In this document: positions 24,530 to 39,300 of the stretch, one piece after another | How the letters are laid out: every line of letters starts with the position of its first letter | Numbering within the stretch: the stretch's first letter is position 1 | Assembly (NCBI GenBank): GCA_964016885.1 | Contig: OZ024741.1 | Location: 161,076,001 to 161,140,000, forward strand | Direction of reading: 5' to 3' | DNA length: 64,000 nt | Source of the DNA: Eledone cirrhosa | Lineage: Eukaryota | Made by a program: the position numbers and the translations under genes | Notes under the pieces: generated by a model | Told to the model about the DNA's origin: nothing | Databases searched by the model: none | The model's input: the letters and a program-made list of their open reading frames with translations, nothing else

Positions 24530-25830
24530 CATTCAATAATAATAAAAAATTATTGTGTACAGTGTTCAGGTGCACTACAACTCATCAAAGGTGTATGTAT
24601 AGTACATAGAATAATGTAAAAAGTCAGGAAAGTGATACACACACATGCGTGCGTGTGTTTGGAGGGGGAATATTAGGTGTAGTGTTGGCGAATTTCGGGA
24701 AGCATGGAAGTTTTGACAGATGCAGTTTTTCTGGCAGCTAACAACTGATGCAGGTAGTTTGTTTCATGCTTCACCAACTCTGAGCGTGAAAAAATGTTTC
24801 TGAAAGTCATGGGAGCTGTAATGTTTTTTGATTTTGTAGGCATGCCCACGTGTGTTAGACACATGGATTCAAAAAGGTACCCAGGATTGTTGTTGACAAG
24901 ATGGTTAATAATCTTGTTGGTGTCTACCTATTCTCTTCCTAGATGTCAAAGCTTTAATGTATATATGCGTTCAAAGTATGGTAGATGTCTGATGGAAGGT
25001 ATTCGCTTGCTTGCACATTTCTGAACAGTTTCTAGATCAATATTCTGAACAAGAGAGGGGTTCCAAACTGGTGATGAAAATTCTAGTGTGGACGCACCAT
25101 AGCTATAGACAGCTTTAAATAGATAATTGGAGAGCAGATGACAGAGGTCTTAGTGAGTGACGTCAAGACACCTTCGGCCTTCTTGACAATTTTAGAGATG
25201 TACTTTGCGCAACGCAAATCGCTGTTGACAATAATGCTAATGTCACGTTCACACAAAGACTTCTTGAGATTGGTGTTGTGGAGGGAGTATGTGAACACTG
25301 GTTTTTTTTTCCCTCTCAAAATGCATGGTGATACATTTGTCCACAGCCAGATTGAGTTGTCAGTCCATGATCCATTGCTGCATTGTGTCCAGGTCTGATC
25401 GCAGGAAAGATCTACAGCATACAAGATCTGTCCTTTTTATCTCAAGGTACAGTTTGATGTCATCTGCATATTTCAGCAATGTGATATTCTTCAAGTTGGC
25501 ATCTGTGTCATTAACATATGCAACAAACAAAAGGGCACCAAGAATAGATCCCTATGGTACACCAGATGTCATCTCATAGGGTGAAGAATACTGTCCTAAA
25601 ACCACAACTTTTTTTCAACTGAGAATGAAGGACTTTAACAAGATCATCTCTCACACCCATTGCAGAGAGTTTTTCCATAAGTTTTTTTTTGTGTGGCACA
25701 GAATTAAAAGCTTTAGCAAAGTCAAATAAATAACATCTCACCCATGAGCTGCCATCAGTGATTCGGGTAATGTCTTCAAGAAACTTGATGAGTTGGCCAC
25801 AGCAGCTGGAGTTAGGGATTAGTTGATGTG
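24530..25830 (-). mobile_element. Decayed CR1/L2-group LINE, 3' part
   Basis: DFAKAFNSVPHKKL, YADDIKL-like and MVRPH motifs; tail ends in an (ATT)n-like sequence. Confidence 0.8.
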
Positions 25831-26009
25831 AAGATGCCATACATGTATTACAGTTGTCTGTATTATATGTATCTTGATTGACCGGTAGTGGAGCTTGCCA
25901 AGGCCAAGGATGCTGGAAGATTTTTATTTTATGTATAACAACACACAGCAACACATGTCCCACTGTAAGCTGAAAATACAACCAACACCCTAATGTTGTA
26001 GGCTGGTGC

Positions 26010-26415
26010 CATGATAAAATCCATCTAGATACTTGATAAAGTTATGTTGGTGCCCCAATAAAATACTCCCAGTCTACATTGTAAAGTGGAAGTACTGGTG
26101 CCATGATAAAAAGCACCCAGTTAACCATATAAGCTGAGTATGCTGGGGCCACAATTATAAGCACCCAGTCCACATAAAGTAATAGTATCAGTGCTGTGAT
26201 AAAAAGCACCTAGTTTGCTCTGTAAAGTGGTAATGCTGGTGCTATGATAAAATTCTACCAGAAGATTCTGTAAAATGGTTGGTTGGCATTAGGTAGAACA
26301 TCAAGTCAGAGAAACCATGTCAAAAATAGAACTAGACATAGACACGGAATATGGCAATATGTCTAACCCACACAAGCATGGAAACTAGACATTAAATGGT
26401 AATGATGATGATGAC
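26010..26415 (+). repeat. Degenerate tandem copies of the RTE/SINE 3' module with a (GAT)n tail
   Basis: Repeated ggtgcc..gataaaa.gcacccag...tgtaaagtgg; resembles 51870-52125. Confidence 0.6.
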
Positions 26416-26689
26416 ACACATACAGACATAGTGAGTGACATAGACACACACACATATATATATATGTGTGTGTCTGTATGTTTATTAAACTGTATTATTT
26501 AGTCTTTCAACAGAAGAATCATTAAAACTGGTTGGATAAACAATATTATTTCCCTCCATAGCATTGAAGCAATGACAGGAGAAAGAGAGACAATAACAAT
26601 AACAATGGCACAGACAATAACAACAACAGAAACAACAACAACAATAACAACAACAATACGTATTTTTCTGTGATATATACATATGACCA

Positions 26690-28705
26690 TGTCAACACTT
26701 CTACCTGGAGTTGCCCCCCCCCCCCAATTACTATCAAGACACACAGCTTTGTGATATCCTCAGAGCTGCTGCCAGGAAAACAGCCACTTATGTTTTTATT
26801 GATTGGGAAACCTTTCGTTGGTTGCAAAGTACAAATGATTTCCTTGAGCTAGTGCTGGACTCGAACTGGTCCCATAAAGTCACCGCCCCAACAAGAGGTG
26901 ACAACACTTTGGATCTACTCTTTACCATTACTCCTGAAATAGTTATTAGTGTCACTACTGAGGAACCTTTAGGTGACTCTGATCATGCTATGATTATTGC
27001 CAATCTGTCTCTTATGGGCAGTAATAAAAACTACAACCATCTCCAAATTGCTCACTTTGACTGGAATAAAACAGACTGGAACTGTTACTGCACTGAGCTA
27101 CAACGCCTAAACTGTCTTGAATTCTATGACTCTGGAGATGTGAACACTCTACTTCAGAACATCTTGAACTCAATATGGACAGCATGTGCATCATCAGTAC
27201 CACGTAAGCACAAAAAAACATCCCAAAAGTGCAATTTGGGAAACTGCAGCAGTTCGACATGCCAGGAAAGAACAATACAAACTGCACAAGTCAGATATCA
27301 ATAGAAAATAGCACAATAAATCATCCAACCATCTGAAGCAGGTGACAAAAAAAGCAGTGCTTGAATTTGAACAGTGCCTAGCAACCAACCCTGATAGTAA
27401 GGTGTTCTGGAAATATGTACATTCAAAGCAGAGACCTCACTCTCCAGTTAGTCCTCTTTGCAATCCCCACACAAGCCAGATTACTGACAATCCCAAAGAA
27501 TGTGCAGAACTCATTGTTGAATGCTATGCATGCATTTTCATTGTTGAAGACCAAAGTGTACCATCTCCACTGCCTCTGCAATCAAATTCTATAACAACTA
27601 TGGAATTTACACCTGCAATGCTGTGATGTCACCTTAAGAACTATGCCTCTCCTGGTCTAGATGGTGTTACATACCTGCTTCTCAAACGTGGTGGGTACTT
27701 TCTTCTGCACCAGCTTTCACTATTCTTTCAATTCTGTCTTAACAATGGTGCTACTCCGGAGCAGTGGAAAACTGCCAGTGTCATTCTTCTGTTCAAAAAG
27801 GGTGACCGTACGTTGCCCGTCAACTATCGTCCAGTTAGTCTTACTAGCTGTATCTCCAAACTGATGGAATCCCGTGTCAGAGAAACACTCTGAAGCTTCT
27901 GGAATTCTCACAGCCTTATCCGCCGCTCGCAATTTGGATTTATCACTAACTCCAGCTGCTGTGATCAACTTATCGAGTTTCTTGAAGACATCACCCAGAT
28001 CACTGATGGCAGCTCATGGGTGGATGTTGTTTACCTTGACTTTGCTAAAGCTTTTAATTCTGTGCTACACAAAAGAATTATGGTAAAACTCTCTGCAATG
28101 GGTGTGAAGGATGATCTTTTTAACTGGTTAAAGTCCTTCATTCTCAGTTGAAAAGAGGAAGTCATGGTTCTAGGACAGCATTCTTCACCCTATGAGATAT
28201 CATCTGGTGTACTGCAGAGATCTGTTCTTGGTCCTCTTTTGTTTGTTGCATATACTAACGACATAGACGCCAACTTAAAGAATGCCACAGTACTGAAATA
28301 TGCAGTTGACATCAAGCTGTACCTTGAGATAAAAAGGACAGATCCTGAACACTATAGATCTTTCCTGCAATCAGACCTGGACACAATGCAGCAATGGGTC
28401 ACGGACTAGCAACTCAAGCTGGCTGTAGACAAGTGTACCACCATGCATTTTGGGTGGGAAAAAACCCAGTGTCCACATACTCCCTCCACAACTTTAATCT
28501 CAAGAAGTCTTCTTGTAAATGTGACCTGTCAGCAGTGATTTGCGTTAGACAAAGCACATCTCTAAAATTGTCAAGAAGGTCGAGGGTGTCTAAGCATCAC
28601 TCAGCAAGACCTTTGTTGGCCGCTCTCCAGCTATCTATTTAAAGCTGTATATAGCCATGGTGTGGCCACACTTAGAATTTTCATCACCAGTCTGGAACCC
28701 CTATC
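26690..28705 (+). mobile_element. Decayed CR1-group LINE (endonuclease end plus RT)
   Basis: PTRGDNTLDLL, GDSDH, FWKYV, NYRPVSL, SGV.Q.SVLGPLLF. Confidence 0.85.
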
Positions 28706-30164
28706 ATAGTGTGCTTGAGCAAAATAGTTTATCTCACATCGTTCTCATGATATAACTTTTCATTGAAACATCAAAGAAACATCCTATGCGAAGAAACCTT
28801 GTAAGAGTCCAGCTAAGCCTAGATAAGTGTAGGCTGTAAACTTCTTTCTTTTCTTCTTTTTAGTTCTGTTGTTACCTCATAAATCAGAGTTCAAATTCCA
28901 CCAGTGTCAGCTTTTGCTTTTCATCTCTCTCTGTGGTTGACAGCATTAACAGCTGAAACCATGCATCATCTCAGGGTCTCAAAATCCAGTCCTTAATGAT
29001 TTAGCCATGAAAGTTGACTGACCTTTTCCCAAAGTCTTCAAATCACTTTGGAAATAAATAATAATTTAGGGAGATTTAGCAATATAAGTAACCTTTTCGT
29101 TAAATTGGTGTTTTTGACATAACCTAACAAAGGTCCTTTCATAGAATTATGATGGGAGATTTCTAGATAAATATAAGCACTTTAACTCTTTCATTGCCAT
29201 ATTTTTAATGAAAGATACTGCTTAAGATTTTCAAATCATTTTGAAAATAATCAACAATTTGGAGGGTTTTAGTGCCATAACTAACTTTCTCATTATTAAG
29301 CTGGTGTTTCGAACATAACTTAACAAAAGTTCTTACATAGAATTACGATGGAAGAAGTTTAGATAAATATAAATTTATATATGAATTTGAGTGACTTCCG
29401 TCCATCTATCACGCAGTGTGTGTGTGTGTTTGAGTGAATGTATGTGTGTGTAAAAATAAGGTAGAGGATAGTGAAAAAACTATAGCAAAACAGTGCCTGG
29501 TGTTCCATTTGTTACGCTGTGTGTGAGTGTATGTGTATGTGTGGGTTTATGTAAATGTATGTGTGTTTGTGTGAATGTATGTCTGAGTGTGTATTTTTGT
29601 AAGTGTGTCTGTTTTTGCGCGTTTATATTTATATACTCATACATATAAATGTATGCATATGCACATACATACATGCACACACATATACACATACACGTCA
29701 GCGTGTTGAAAAAAATCCTAGTACTTTAAATTAAACAGTTTTGCATCATAGAACCAGAGGTAGTTTGGTATCCACAGAGTTAGATATACTGATTTTTCAT
29801 AACTTACTCAAGTACGATATTGTACACCTACTTAGTGATTCTTTCATCATCACTTATACAACAAAGTTTTAACTATTGAGCTAATGATGTCTCATTCTCA
29901 CCATATAAGTAATTCCAATTAGATTATTGATGCTCACTACATTAAATAGGTTAACACTTGACTATCACTTTTCATGTTGATGTGAAGAGTTGGCATCAGG
30001 AAGGATATCTGCCCATAACAAAAACTACCTCAAAAAGTCTCCTCCAACCAATACTTACATGGAAAAGTGAACATAAAAATGACGATGATGCATGCATTGG
30101 GCTTATCCAATCGACTATATCCTTTCCACCAAAATATGGCTTTGTGACTTTACATCTAATTTAA

Positions 30165-30371
30165 CCCTTTAGTGTTCAAACTGGCCAAAACCGGCCAGAA
30201 TTCTCTACCTTTTTCTGTTGAAACTGGCTGTAACTGGTTACTCAAACTGATGTTAAGGTATTGTTCTCAAAATAAATACTTTCAAAATCTCATAGATTCG
30301 ATATTATGTGAGATAAAGCATTTACCATGAAAATATAATAGTATATATAAAGTAATGTGAATGCTAAAGGA
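30165..30371. mobile_element. TTAA-flanked piggyBac-like MITE
   Basis: ttaa|ccctttagtgttc ... gaatgctaaagga|ttaa. Confidence 0.6.
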
Positions 30372-30762
30372 TTAAGAGACAAATAAATTGCAGTTTTCTA
30401 ATCATATATAATGTATAGAGTTGAACTCTTTTCACTATCTGAGTTTAAATCATGTTGAGGTTAACTTTGCCTTTCATCCCTTTGAGGTTGACAAAAAAAA
30501 TACCAGTCTTCTTTCTTACTCTCTCTCTCTCTCTCTCTCTCCATGTCTGAAAGAAATTGACTGTGTTCTAGCCTGGTGAGTAGGGGTGGGTTCTGCCAGG
30601 TTTAAAGTGCCCAAGACATGCTGTATATCGCGACAACATCCCTACAATTCAATCAGGAGTTACAGGTTTATACACACATACAATCACACACACACACACA
30701 TATTATTTGAAATGCACATAGTTATTGTTACTCATATCTGTCTTTTCTGTTCTTAATTGCAG

Positions 30763-31904
30763 ATACACGAGGAATATCTTTGGAAAATCTAAATAAGCTT
30801 GGCCAGCCTGATGTGGAACGGTGCCAGGAACTTTCTCGTTTAAAGTCGAGTTCAGATGATAAGTTATACAAAAGAAAATGCATTTTGCTCAAAATAAATA
30901 AAGAAAGTGAAGAATCCAAGATGCCTGTATCAAAAACTGAGAAGAAAAATGTCAAATTCTTTGAGCAGCTCCGGATTAATAAGATGGAAGGCAAAGCCTA
31001 TGACAACTCTTTATTTCAATATGATGAAGATTCTTTGAATTTGAAAAGTGCTGTTGACCTATGGAGGTTTGGAAAGAAAGGGCGTGATCTTGGTCACCTC
31101 GGAGATGTGACCGATATTAGGTATATCGGCGGCAATGTCTTACTTCTCACTGACATGTTCAATAATCGACTTCAAACCTTAGATACAAGTGGCAAGTTGT
31201 TGAATACTTGTGACCTAGAGAATACCTATCCTGTTTGTGCCACTATAACTAAAGATCGGCAAGTGGTGCTGACTAGTCATGTCCAGAAATGTATTGTGCT
31301 TCTATCAAAAGAAGGTGCAGTTATGAATATGTATGGGCAGGGTTCTTTCACATCTCCATTTGGTATTTCGGAAGATCCTCTTAGTGGAAACTTTGCTGTG
31401 ACAGATCAACAAAACAATTCTTTGACACTTCTAGATAAACAATTCAACATCATTCTTGAAATAACTCCTACAGATGCTAAAAACAGTTGTTCTTTTCGCT
31501 ATCCCAGACACGTTACATTTTCTCCAAATGGACTAATCTTTGTTGCCGACTCAGGTAATCATTCTCTAAAGGCATTTGACAAAAATGGAATTCTTGTCAC
31601 AAATATAGGTACTTATGGACGTGACTCTGGATTTTTTCGTTCACCATATGGCGTTTGTATTGACCATTCTGGGAATGTTTTAATTGCTGATCATTACAAT
31701 GATCGTATATCTTGTTTTGACCAACGAGGTCAGTGGATTCAAGATACTGTTTGCAGCTATCATAGACTACGACATCCACAAGGCATAGCCTTAACCTCAG
31801 ACAATAAGTTATGTGTATCACATGGTGAACTCAAGGCCACTGAAATTGCTTTCTTTGATATAGCTAAAATAAATGGCAATGAGATCACTCATACACACAT
31901 GTAA
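30763..31904 (+). CDS. Terminal coding exon of an NHL-repeat (TRIM-NHL-like beta-propeller) protein gene
   Basis: Pyrimidine tract and ttgcag acceptor ending at 30762; about 380 uninterrupted codons with NHL repeats (FTSPFGIS, FRYPRHVTF..GLIFVADSGNH, FRSPYGVCID.SGNVLIADHYNDRI, LRHPQGIAL); TAA stop; AATAAA at 31933-31938. Confidence 0.9.
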
Positions 31905-33449
31905 ATCTGAATCATTGTGAACATGAAATCACAATAAATTCTATGAAATTTTCTAAATTTTCATTTTCAAATTTCTTTCCCAGTAAGTTCTTTGGCTGTC
32001 ATGTGCTCAAGTATAATAAAACTATGCAAATTTCTATTTTCATTATGAAAACCTTTGTTTTATATTATCATATAAAACTCAGCTTAGTTATGTTATGTAC
32101 CAATCTAATTCTTATCTGTGAAAAAATAAGGAGTTTCCAATATTGCCCTGGGATATTGCATGTATTGATAGTGAGACATGGGTATTGAATGTAGAGGATG
32201 TGGAAAGGCTAGAAAGAAATGAAGCAAGTATGCACCTCTGGATATGTAATGTTAGTGTGCATGGTAGTGGTAATGATGATGATGAGGAGGATCTGTTGTC
32301 GATAACAATTTTCCCCAATATTTAAAATTAATCAGTTTGTTGTGGTTTAACTTTGGGTCATCTCTGATTAAGCAGATCTATGATTAAAAGCATTCCAGCT
32401 CTGAACATCCTATCGTTTTGTATATATATCATTAGCAGCTACATTGTCCAATGTGTACTACATTTTTTATATGACAGTAAGGTGTGATTTGAGGGAGATT
32501 TTGCTGATATTTCTAGCAGCTTGAGTGATGTTATAGCGGAAACATGCAGAACCTTTTTAGTAACAGGGATCTTAAGTGCACAAATACCTTTAAAGGTGCA
32601 GCTATAAACCAATGAATTTTTCCTTTTACAAATTCATTGTCACATAACATATTAAATTCCTGTTTTAATCTTAAGCCTTAATCATTTTATTACTACGTTT
32701 CTAATGAAAGTCACTGCCTATAATTTTCAAATAATTTTGAAAATAATCCAGAATTTGGAAGGATTTAGAAAAAAAAACTTTCTTGTTATTAAATTTTTTG
32801 TTACCATATTTCTAATAAAAGATACTGCCAATGATTTTCAAATCATTTTGAAAATAATCAAGTATTGGGAGGGATTTAGTAATATAACTAACTTTCTCAT
32901 TATTATTAAGCTAGTGCATGGAACATATCTTAAAGGATCTTACATAAAATTATGACGGAAAGATTTTAGATAAATATAAACACTTTAAAATATCTTAGAA
33001 CAAGGGGCAGTTTCAGGCATTTGGTGTTGAAAGAGTTAAACTGCTTTGTTTTTTTGTTATTTTTTTAATTTCATATGAGTTTTAAGAGACTTTGTCAATG
33101 GAGGTTTCAAATAGGAATACAAGTGAGAGGTTCCTAACTCCTAGTGTCCAGCCCCCTCCTCCTAGTTTGTCTTGTTGGTATTTCTCCCAGGATCTTCATT
33201 AAGTTCTTTTTTCTGTTTACAGTTATATCTGCTCTGATCCATCAAATCTTTGGTCATAGACATTCAAGCTTTGACCAGACCATACCATAAAATATGGGAT
33301 GGTCGAATATGGAATATTTATGACCATTCAAACATAGAGTATCTAGGATTACATTATTCTTATGATGTAACATGCTCACATATTTAGATAAACATATGCA
33401 TATATATACCTCTGTCTCTCTCTTTTTTTCTCTCTCTCATGCAAACACA

Positions 33450-34560
33450 TCATCATCATTGCCATTTTAACATCTGCTTTCCCATGTTTGAATGGGTTGG
33501 ACATTGTGAGCTTCAGCAATTTGTAATCAGCTCTTACCACCTCCATTGATGTGTAGGCAGGCTAACTGGAAAGGTCGGCTTTTGTGATTTCTTTCTATTA
33601 GGAAATCTTGGCACTTCTTCAACTAGCGATCATCATCCATACGCATTCATTGTCCATACCACTGCAGTCTTCTCTCTTGCATAGTGCACCTGATTCATTT
33701 TATAAATCATTCTCTTAGTTCATCCATGCTTCTTTATTCATGCACATCACACATCCACCAAAGCATGCTGGCTTCATTTTTCTCCAGTCCTCACATATCC
33801 TGTGCATACATAGCCCATATCTCACTAATATGCAGCATCACATAGTGCATACAGACATCATACTTTCGTTCATAGGCCTTTCGTTCATAGGGAAAAAACT
33901 TTTGTTATCAACAGAGATAGTAGCTCCCTGAACTTTTTCCATCCCATTCTTATTCTAGCTAATGCTCTCTGACCACTTTCCACCACTGTTAATTAGATCA
34001 CCTAGGTAGTAGAAGCTATCAGCCAATTTTATGGAGTCTTTCTGGGATTGGACAAAATTTATTTTCCTTATGCTCTTACTACCAACTATCCTTGTACATT
34101 TACTACATACAAAGTTTACCTTTCCTGTTGGTATGCTTACTATCCAATAACACCTCTTATATTTTCAACATTTGCATAGTGTACATCTTAGAGTTTCTAC
34201 CTTCTCCTTTTCTGATGTCACAAATAACTAACTTATGTTGGGTGGTGCATTCTTCTCTAGAGAGACTTAGCATTCATGACTGTCTGTCTATCTTATTTTC
34301 TAACAAGTAAGATGCCAATTTGGATTATGTGTTCGTCTGATAGTCTAATTGGTAGGTGATCAGGTGGCTGGTTAGTTTCCTGAATTTAGTGTTCATTTGC
34401 ATCACAAAATTCTGGCAGCCTTGCCGCCTCTTTATTTCTCATGCCATAATCATGTCCACCATGTACTCTAGTGTAACCAGAGTACATGGTTCAACATATC
34501 CATTGAAGTTGCCAGCTAAGATGATGAGGTCTCTGTCATCTGTAACTGAAGTTCTTTGTA
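33450..34560 (-). mobile_element. Highly decayed RTE LINE pieces
   Basis: (ATC)n tail at about 33450; remnants of FCYLGD, TRIRMGWKKF and ILAGNFNGYV. Confidence 0.6.
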
Positions 34561-35047
34561 AGGGTGGTTGTAGAAATGGTTCTTTTGTTCTTTGCTTAAT
34601 CCTGCTTGTGGAGCAAATATATGTATGTACACACACACACACATATATATATAGGAAAAGAGTAAGGACCCCGACGGCTGAGCTCCGGCCATTTCAACAG
34701 CTAGATCCGAACTAAACCAGTAGTATTAGGACAGCAGGGACCTAACTGAACTTATCAAGGGGTACAGTCTATATATGGGCATGCAATCAAAACAAATTCT
34801 CATTGTAGGGTATATTTTTATCTATCCCCAATTATCTGTAGCAGTCCTAATCAAACACCAGTAGAACAGTCAGGCCATTGATAGACATATTGCAAAATTG
34901 GTTTGTAGTTTTTCCTTGCTTTTCAATCATACTGGAACATTTGTCATGGACAACACCTTCCCTATATCTTTGGAGAATGTTGTAATCAGTTCAAGGATTT
35001 TCTTCATATAATTTATATTCTTGGCATATGCTTTGTTTGTTTGTATG

Positions 35048-35085
<38 letters not shown>

Positions 35086-35339
35086 CATACATACACACAC
35101 CCACCCACATATATATATAAAACAAATGTGCATATATTACTAAATAAATATTTATGCACAAAATAGAGTAGATGAGAAAATCTTTTTCTTTGTGATCTCT
35201 CAATATGGAGACATAGTGGCTCTACCTGGAGCAACTCTCTGTACTCTGAGTTATGCACTCTCTCAAGTAATATTACTCCAAAATCCCTTTGGAGGATCCC
35301 TATTATGGCTACTTGTATTTGTGATCATATTCTTACAGT

Positions 35340-35970
35340 CATTACTGATTCATGATCATGGATACGGGTTGGCACGAATAACGAATTGAAGATAGCGTGT
35401 TTGGATTTTACACCTACCCCCTCTCTTCTGATGACTGAAAGTTGAAGCTGGTGCATTGCTGCACCAGCTCCTGCAATTCTTGCACTTAATTCAGCGTCCT
35501 ATCTTGTCACTTGTAAACATGGCCCTGAGAGAATTGAACTTCTCCATCTGCTTCAGTGGAATTCCATTCACATGTAAAGTGCACTGTGCAGGTTTCCTTG
35601 AGAGGACAAGTGTCTCAGTCCTTGACGCACTGATTTTCATTCCTGCATGTCGGAGATCCCTTCCTAAGGGGTTAAGGAGTACCATGACACCTGCAAATTC
35701 CAGCTGACTGATACTACTTCCAACCCAGTTGCCCTGTCAATCCTGTCCATGAAGATTATGAGAGTATGCACCCTTGGCGGAGTTCAACTCCCACATTGAA
35801 TAGTTTCAATTTAAAACCATTTATCCAAACACGAACACTAGGGCATTCAATAAGAGACAGAAGCGCAACAAGAAACTGTCCACCGATCTCATACTGCTGC
35901 AGAACCCTCCACAATAGGTCCAGTGGAACACGGTCATATGCCTTTTGAGGTCTACGAAGCAAGCATACAC
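35340..35970 (-). mobile_element. Decayed RTE-group LINE RT fragment
   Basis: ACFVDL.KAYDRVP, VGVELRQGCILS, GMKISASRTETLV. Confidence 0.7.
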
Positions 35971-37249
35971 CTTGTATAAGTTAAATTCAATGTAGCAGTC
36001 TTGTAGTAAAAATGTAAACAAAAGTGGGAAACTTTCTGTTGGTATCTTCGTACATAGGACCACCCCCTCCACACTAGAACTCACTAGAATAGGTTTTGTA
36101 TAGTTAATTAATTGGCTCTTGAAATTCAAGGAAAATTTGGCTACTATTTCTAGAGAATGAAGCAACAACGTAGTGATATTACTGTTGTTTACTTTTATCT
36201 CCAGGTCAGACATGTGAGATTGAGACAACTCAACTATGTGTGATCAATGACATTTAAGCTGCGATCATCCTCTCTTTACATGAGTATCTAAAAACATGGC
36301 AAGAGAGAAATATCTGGCTATTTTTAGCAGGCGGGGAGATGACTAAAAGGGAGATAACTAAAAGGGAGATAACTCTAATGTCACTTTAGTGTGAATTTCT
36401 GTGACTGACTTTCTTATCACTTTTATAAATAATATATTTTCTTCAAAATCTTTCTTGTTATTTGAGTTATCATTGTTGTTGGATTGTTTAAGAGACAATA
36501 GAGGGTCTGTGTGTGACTTTATGCTGATTAGTCGAATGACTTTTCTCTGTGTGCAGTCTAGGATGTCGGTGTAAGCAACAGCAAGACCGTCCCATATGTA
36601 GGTGTTGTATTCCATTGTTAAGCTCCAGTAAATATTGGGATTTGAATCATTTTTTAGCTCTGGGGGGAAGGTCCTGTAATTGAGATGCCGTTCTAGCTAT
36701 GTTGAGAATGGATGTAACAAATATGTTTGAATGGACAGTACTTGTACTTCAAAGTACCAGTCTTGTCACATGCTGTATCCCACTGAATCTCCCTGACAAT
36801 TACATTAAGGGTAAATGCCTAAATGGAATACTCAGCCATTTGCACGTTAATTTTGACTCTTATTTCTGTGATTTTTTTTCTCTGTAATATATTACCCCGG
36901 GATCCAATTTTAGAGTGAAACAGCAACAACAACCACAATAATAACACTAAAGAAATAGTTAAATAAAAATATCATTTAATATTATTAATTCATTGCAAAT
37001 ACAATTTAGATAAAAATAAAAAAGAGATAACTGTGAAACTGCTAACAATTGTATTTTGTTGATAAATTGTATTTTATATTTGGTTTCCGTTCATTAAAAA
37101 AAAAATTGAGAAAATTCTTAAATATATTTATTTCTTATTGTTTCTTACATAAGCCCAAAGCCTTGTATTGTTAGGTGAACGATGAGACACGATGAGGCTG
37201 TGTAACATTATTACCTTTTTAAGGATTAGTGATGTTTATTAAAAGATTA

Positions 37250-37505
37250 AAGTTTGTCCCAAGCCCAGAGGTTTATCATGCAGAATAGTACCCCATTTTC
37301 ATTGGTGTTCAGTAAGTGAGAGTACAAGACTCGCTCCCTCAGGGCAGGAGGCTAAGCCATCGAAGGGTTAAACCCCAGCTGCTGCTGCTGGTACACATTT
37401 TCAGCTGAAATGACTGGAGCAATGTGAAATGAAGAATACAATGTACCACCTTGTCCAGGAATCGAACTCACAATATTACAATCGTCAGCTAAACACCTTA
37501 TAACC
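37250..37505 (-). mobile_element. Decayed tRNA-derived SINE
   Basis: B-box-like gagttcgattcc on the minus strand and the family core ttcacattgctccagtca. Confidence 0.55.
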
Positions 37506-37709
37506 AAGGCCTCATGACTTCACGTGATTAAGAATGTCAGGGACATATTTGCTATCTTTTTCTTTTATGGCACCACTTACCAATATGTCAAAACCAATAT
37601 TGAAATAATATATTTACAAAATAAGTATTTATTACAATTATATCTCCAAACAGCAATGTTGAGCTGTTATATGTACACACAGATACACACAACCACAAAC
37701 TCAAAGTGT

Positions 37710-37756
37710 TTATATGTATATATATATAAATATATATATATGTATATATGTATATA

Positions 37757-37789
<33 letters not shown>

Positions 37790-37792
37790 GTG

Positions 37793-37823
<31 letters not shown>

Positions 37824-38111
37824 GTATATATATATGTGTATATATATATATATATATATTTATGTATATATTTATATATATATATATATATTTATGTATA
37901 TATTTATATATATATATATATATATTTATGTATATATATATATATATGTATATATTTGTATATATTTATATATATATATGTATATATTTGTATATATTTA
38001 TATATATTTATGTATATATATATATATGTATATATTTATATATATATGTATATATATATGTATATATTTATATATATATATATATGTATATGTATATATT
38101 TATATATATAT

Positions 38112-38142
<31 letters not shown>

Positions 38143-38143
38143 T

Positions 38144-38174
<31 letters not shown>

Positions 38175-38288
38175 TATATATGCATATATATGTATATATA
38201 TATATTTATATATATGTATATATTTATATATATATATGTATATATGTATTTATATATGTATATATATATATATGTATATATGTATATA
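37710..38288. repeat. Imperfect (TA)n/(TG) microsatellite
   Basis: Seen directly. Confidence 0.95.
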
Positions 38289-38740
38289 GGCAAAGGGGCT
38301 CTTAAGAGTCAATAGCCATCCAAAATCACCGGGAGAGATGACCCCTTAGCCTTTGTCAAGGCAGAATTCTAGGAGAAGGAAAACTCTGATATAACACCTG
38401 CAACCCTGATGGTATCCAATGATGTTGAATTGTTCTTCTTTTTGGTAAATATCATCTTGGTTAAGAGAGTGGGACTGGCTTTGTGCAGTGCCTTTGCTCA
38501 CTATAAAAGCTTCACGGCACAGGCATTGCTTTATATCTGGAGATCTCTCTGCACTTGTCCTCACATGGTACCATGGGCCCAGCACTATGTGACAATAATT
38601 GTCACAGGTGTAGTGTTTGTACCAGAGTTTTCAAGTCGCTGGCTGGACTAAAAAGTCACACTCGTTCAGCGCTTCGGTAGGGGTTCTCCTACATGGATAT
38701 AAAGTAGTGGCCGTACTCGAAAACGAGTTGGCAGCCACCA
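38289..38740 (+). mobile_element. Non-autonomous RTE-related short element (family C), about 450 bp
   Basis: RTE-5'UTR-like tagcctt...aaggca...ctaggagaaggaaaactctg; 3' hairpin ctcg-aaaa-cgag; embedded in (TA)n; second copy at 17077-17486. Confidence 0.7.
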
Positions 38741-38878
38741 TATATATATATGTATATGTATATATGTATATATATATGTATATATGTATATATATGTATA
38801 TATATATATTTATATATATTTATATATATATATGTATATGTATATATGTATATATATATATATATGTATATGTATATA

Positions 38879-38911
<33 letters not shown>

Positions 38912-39255
38912 ATATGTATATATATATATATGTATATGTATATATGTATATATATATGAAACAAAATGAAAACGAAATTTCATTTCTCACTCTTAGTATG
39001 GCACTTACTTAAATGTAAGTATGCATGTATACGTACATACATATATGTATACATACGTACAGTAGCATGCACATATATATATATATATATACATATATAC
39101 ATACATATGCATACAGGTACACACACATATATGCACGTATCAGTTTAGCGGCGCTAACGTCGCTTTGTTCGTTTGTAAACAAACTGAACAGCCTGAATTT
39201 ATGCCATACGGTGTTAAGGCAACCACGTCACCTTTTTGTTCAACACTGACACAGG

Positions 39256-39300
39256 AACGATGTACTAGTTTCAAGCTTGTTAGCTATCATCAGCACCGTT
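39256..39300 (-). ncRNA. Hammerhead ribozyme (family A)
   Basis: Reverse complement of 39942-39986. Confidence 0.87.

Noticed and set aside
24530-28705. Inverted CR1 pair as a single fold-back element
   Set aside because: The copies are clearly diverged and separated by unrelated repeats; two independent old insertions are the simpler explanation.
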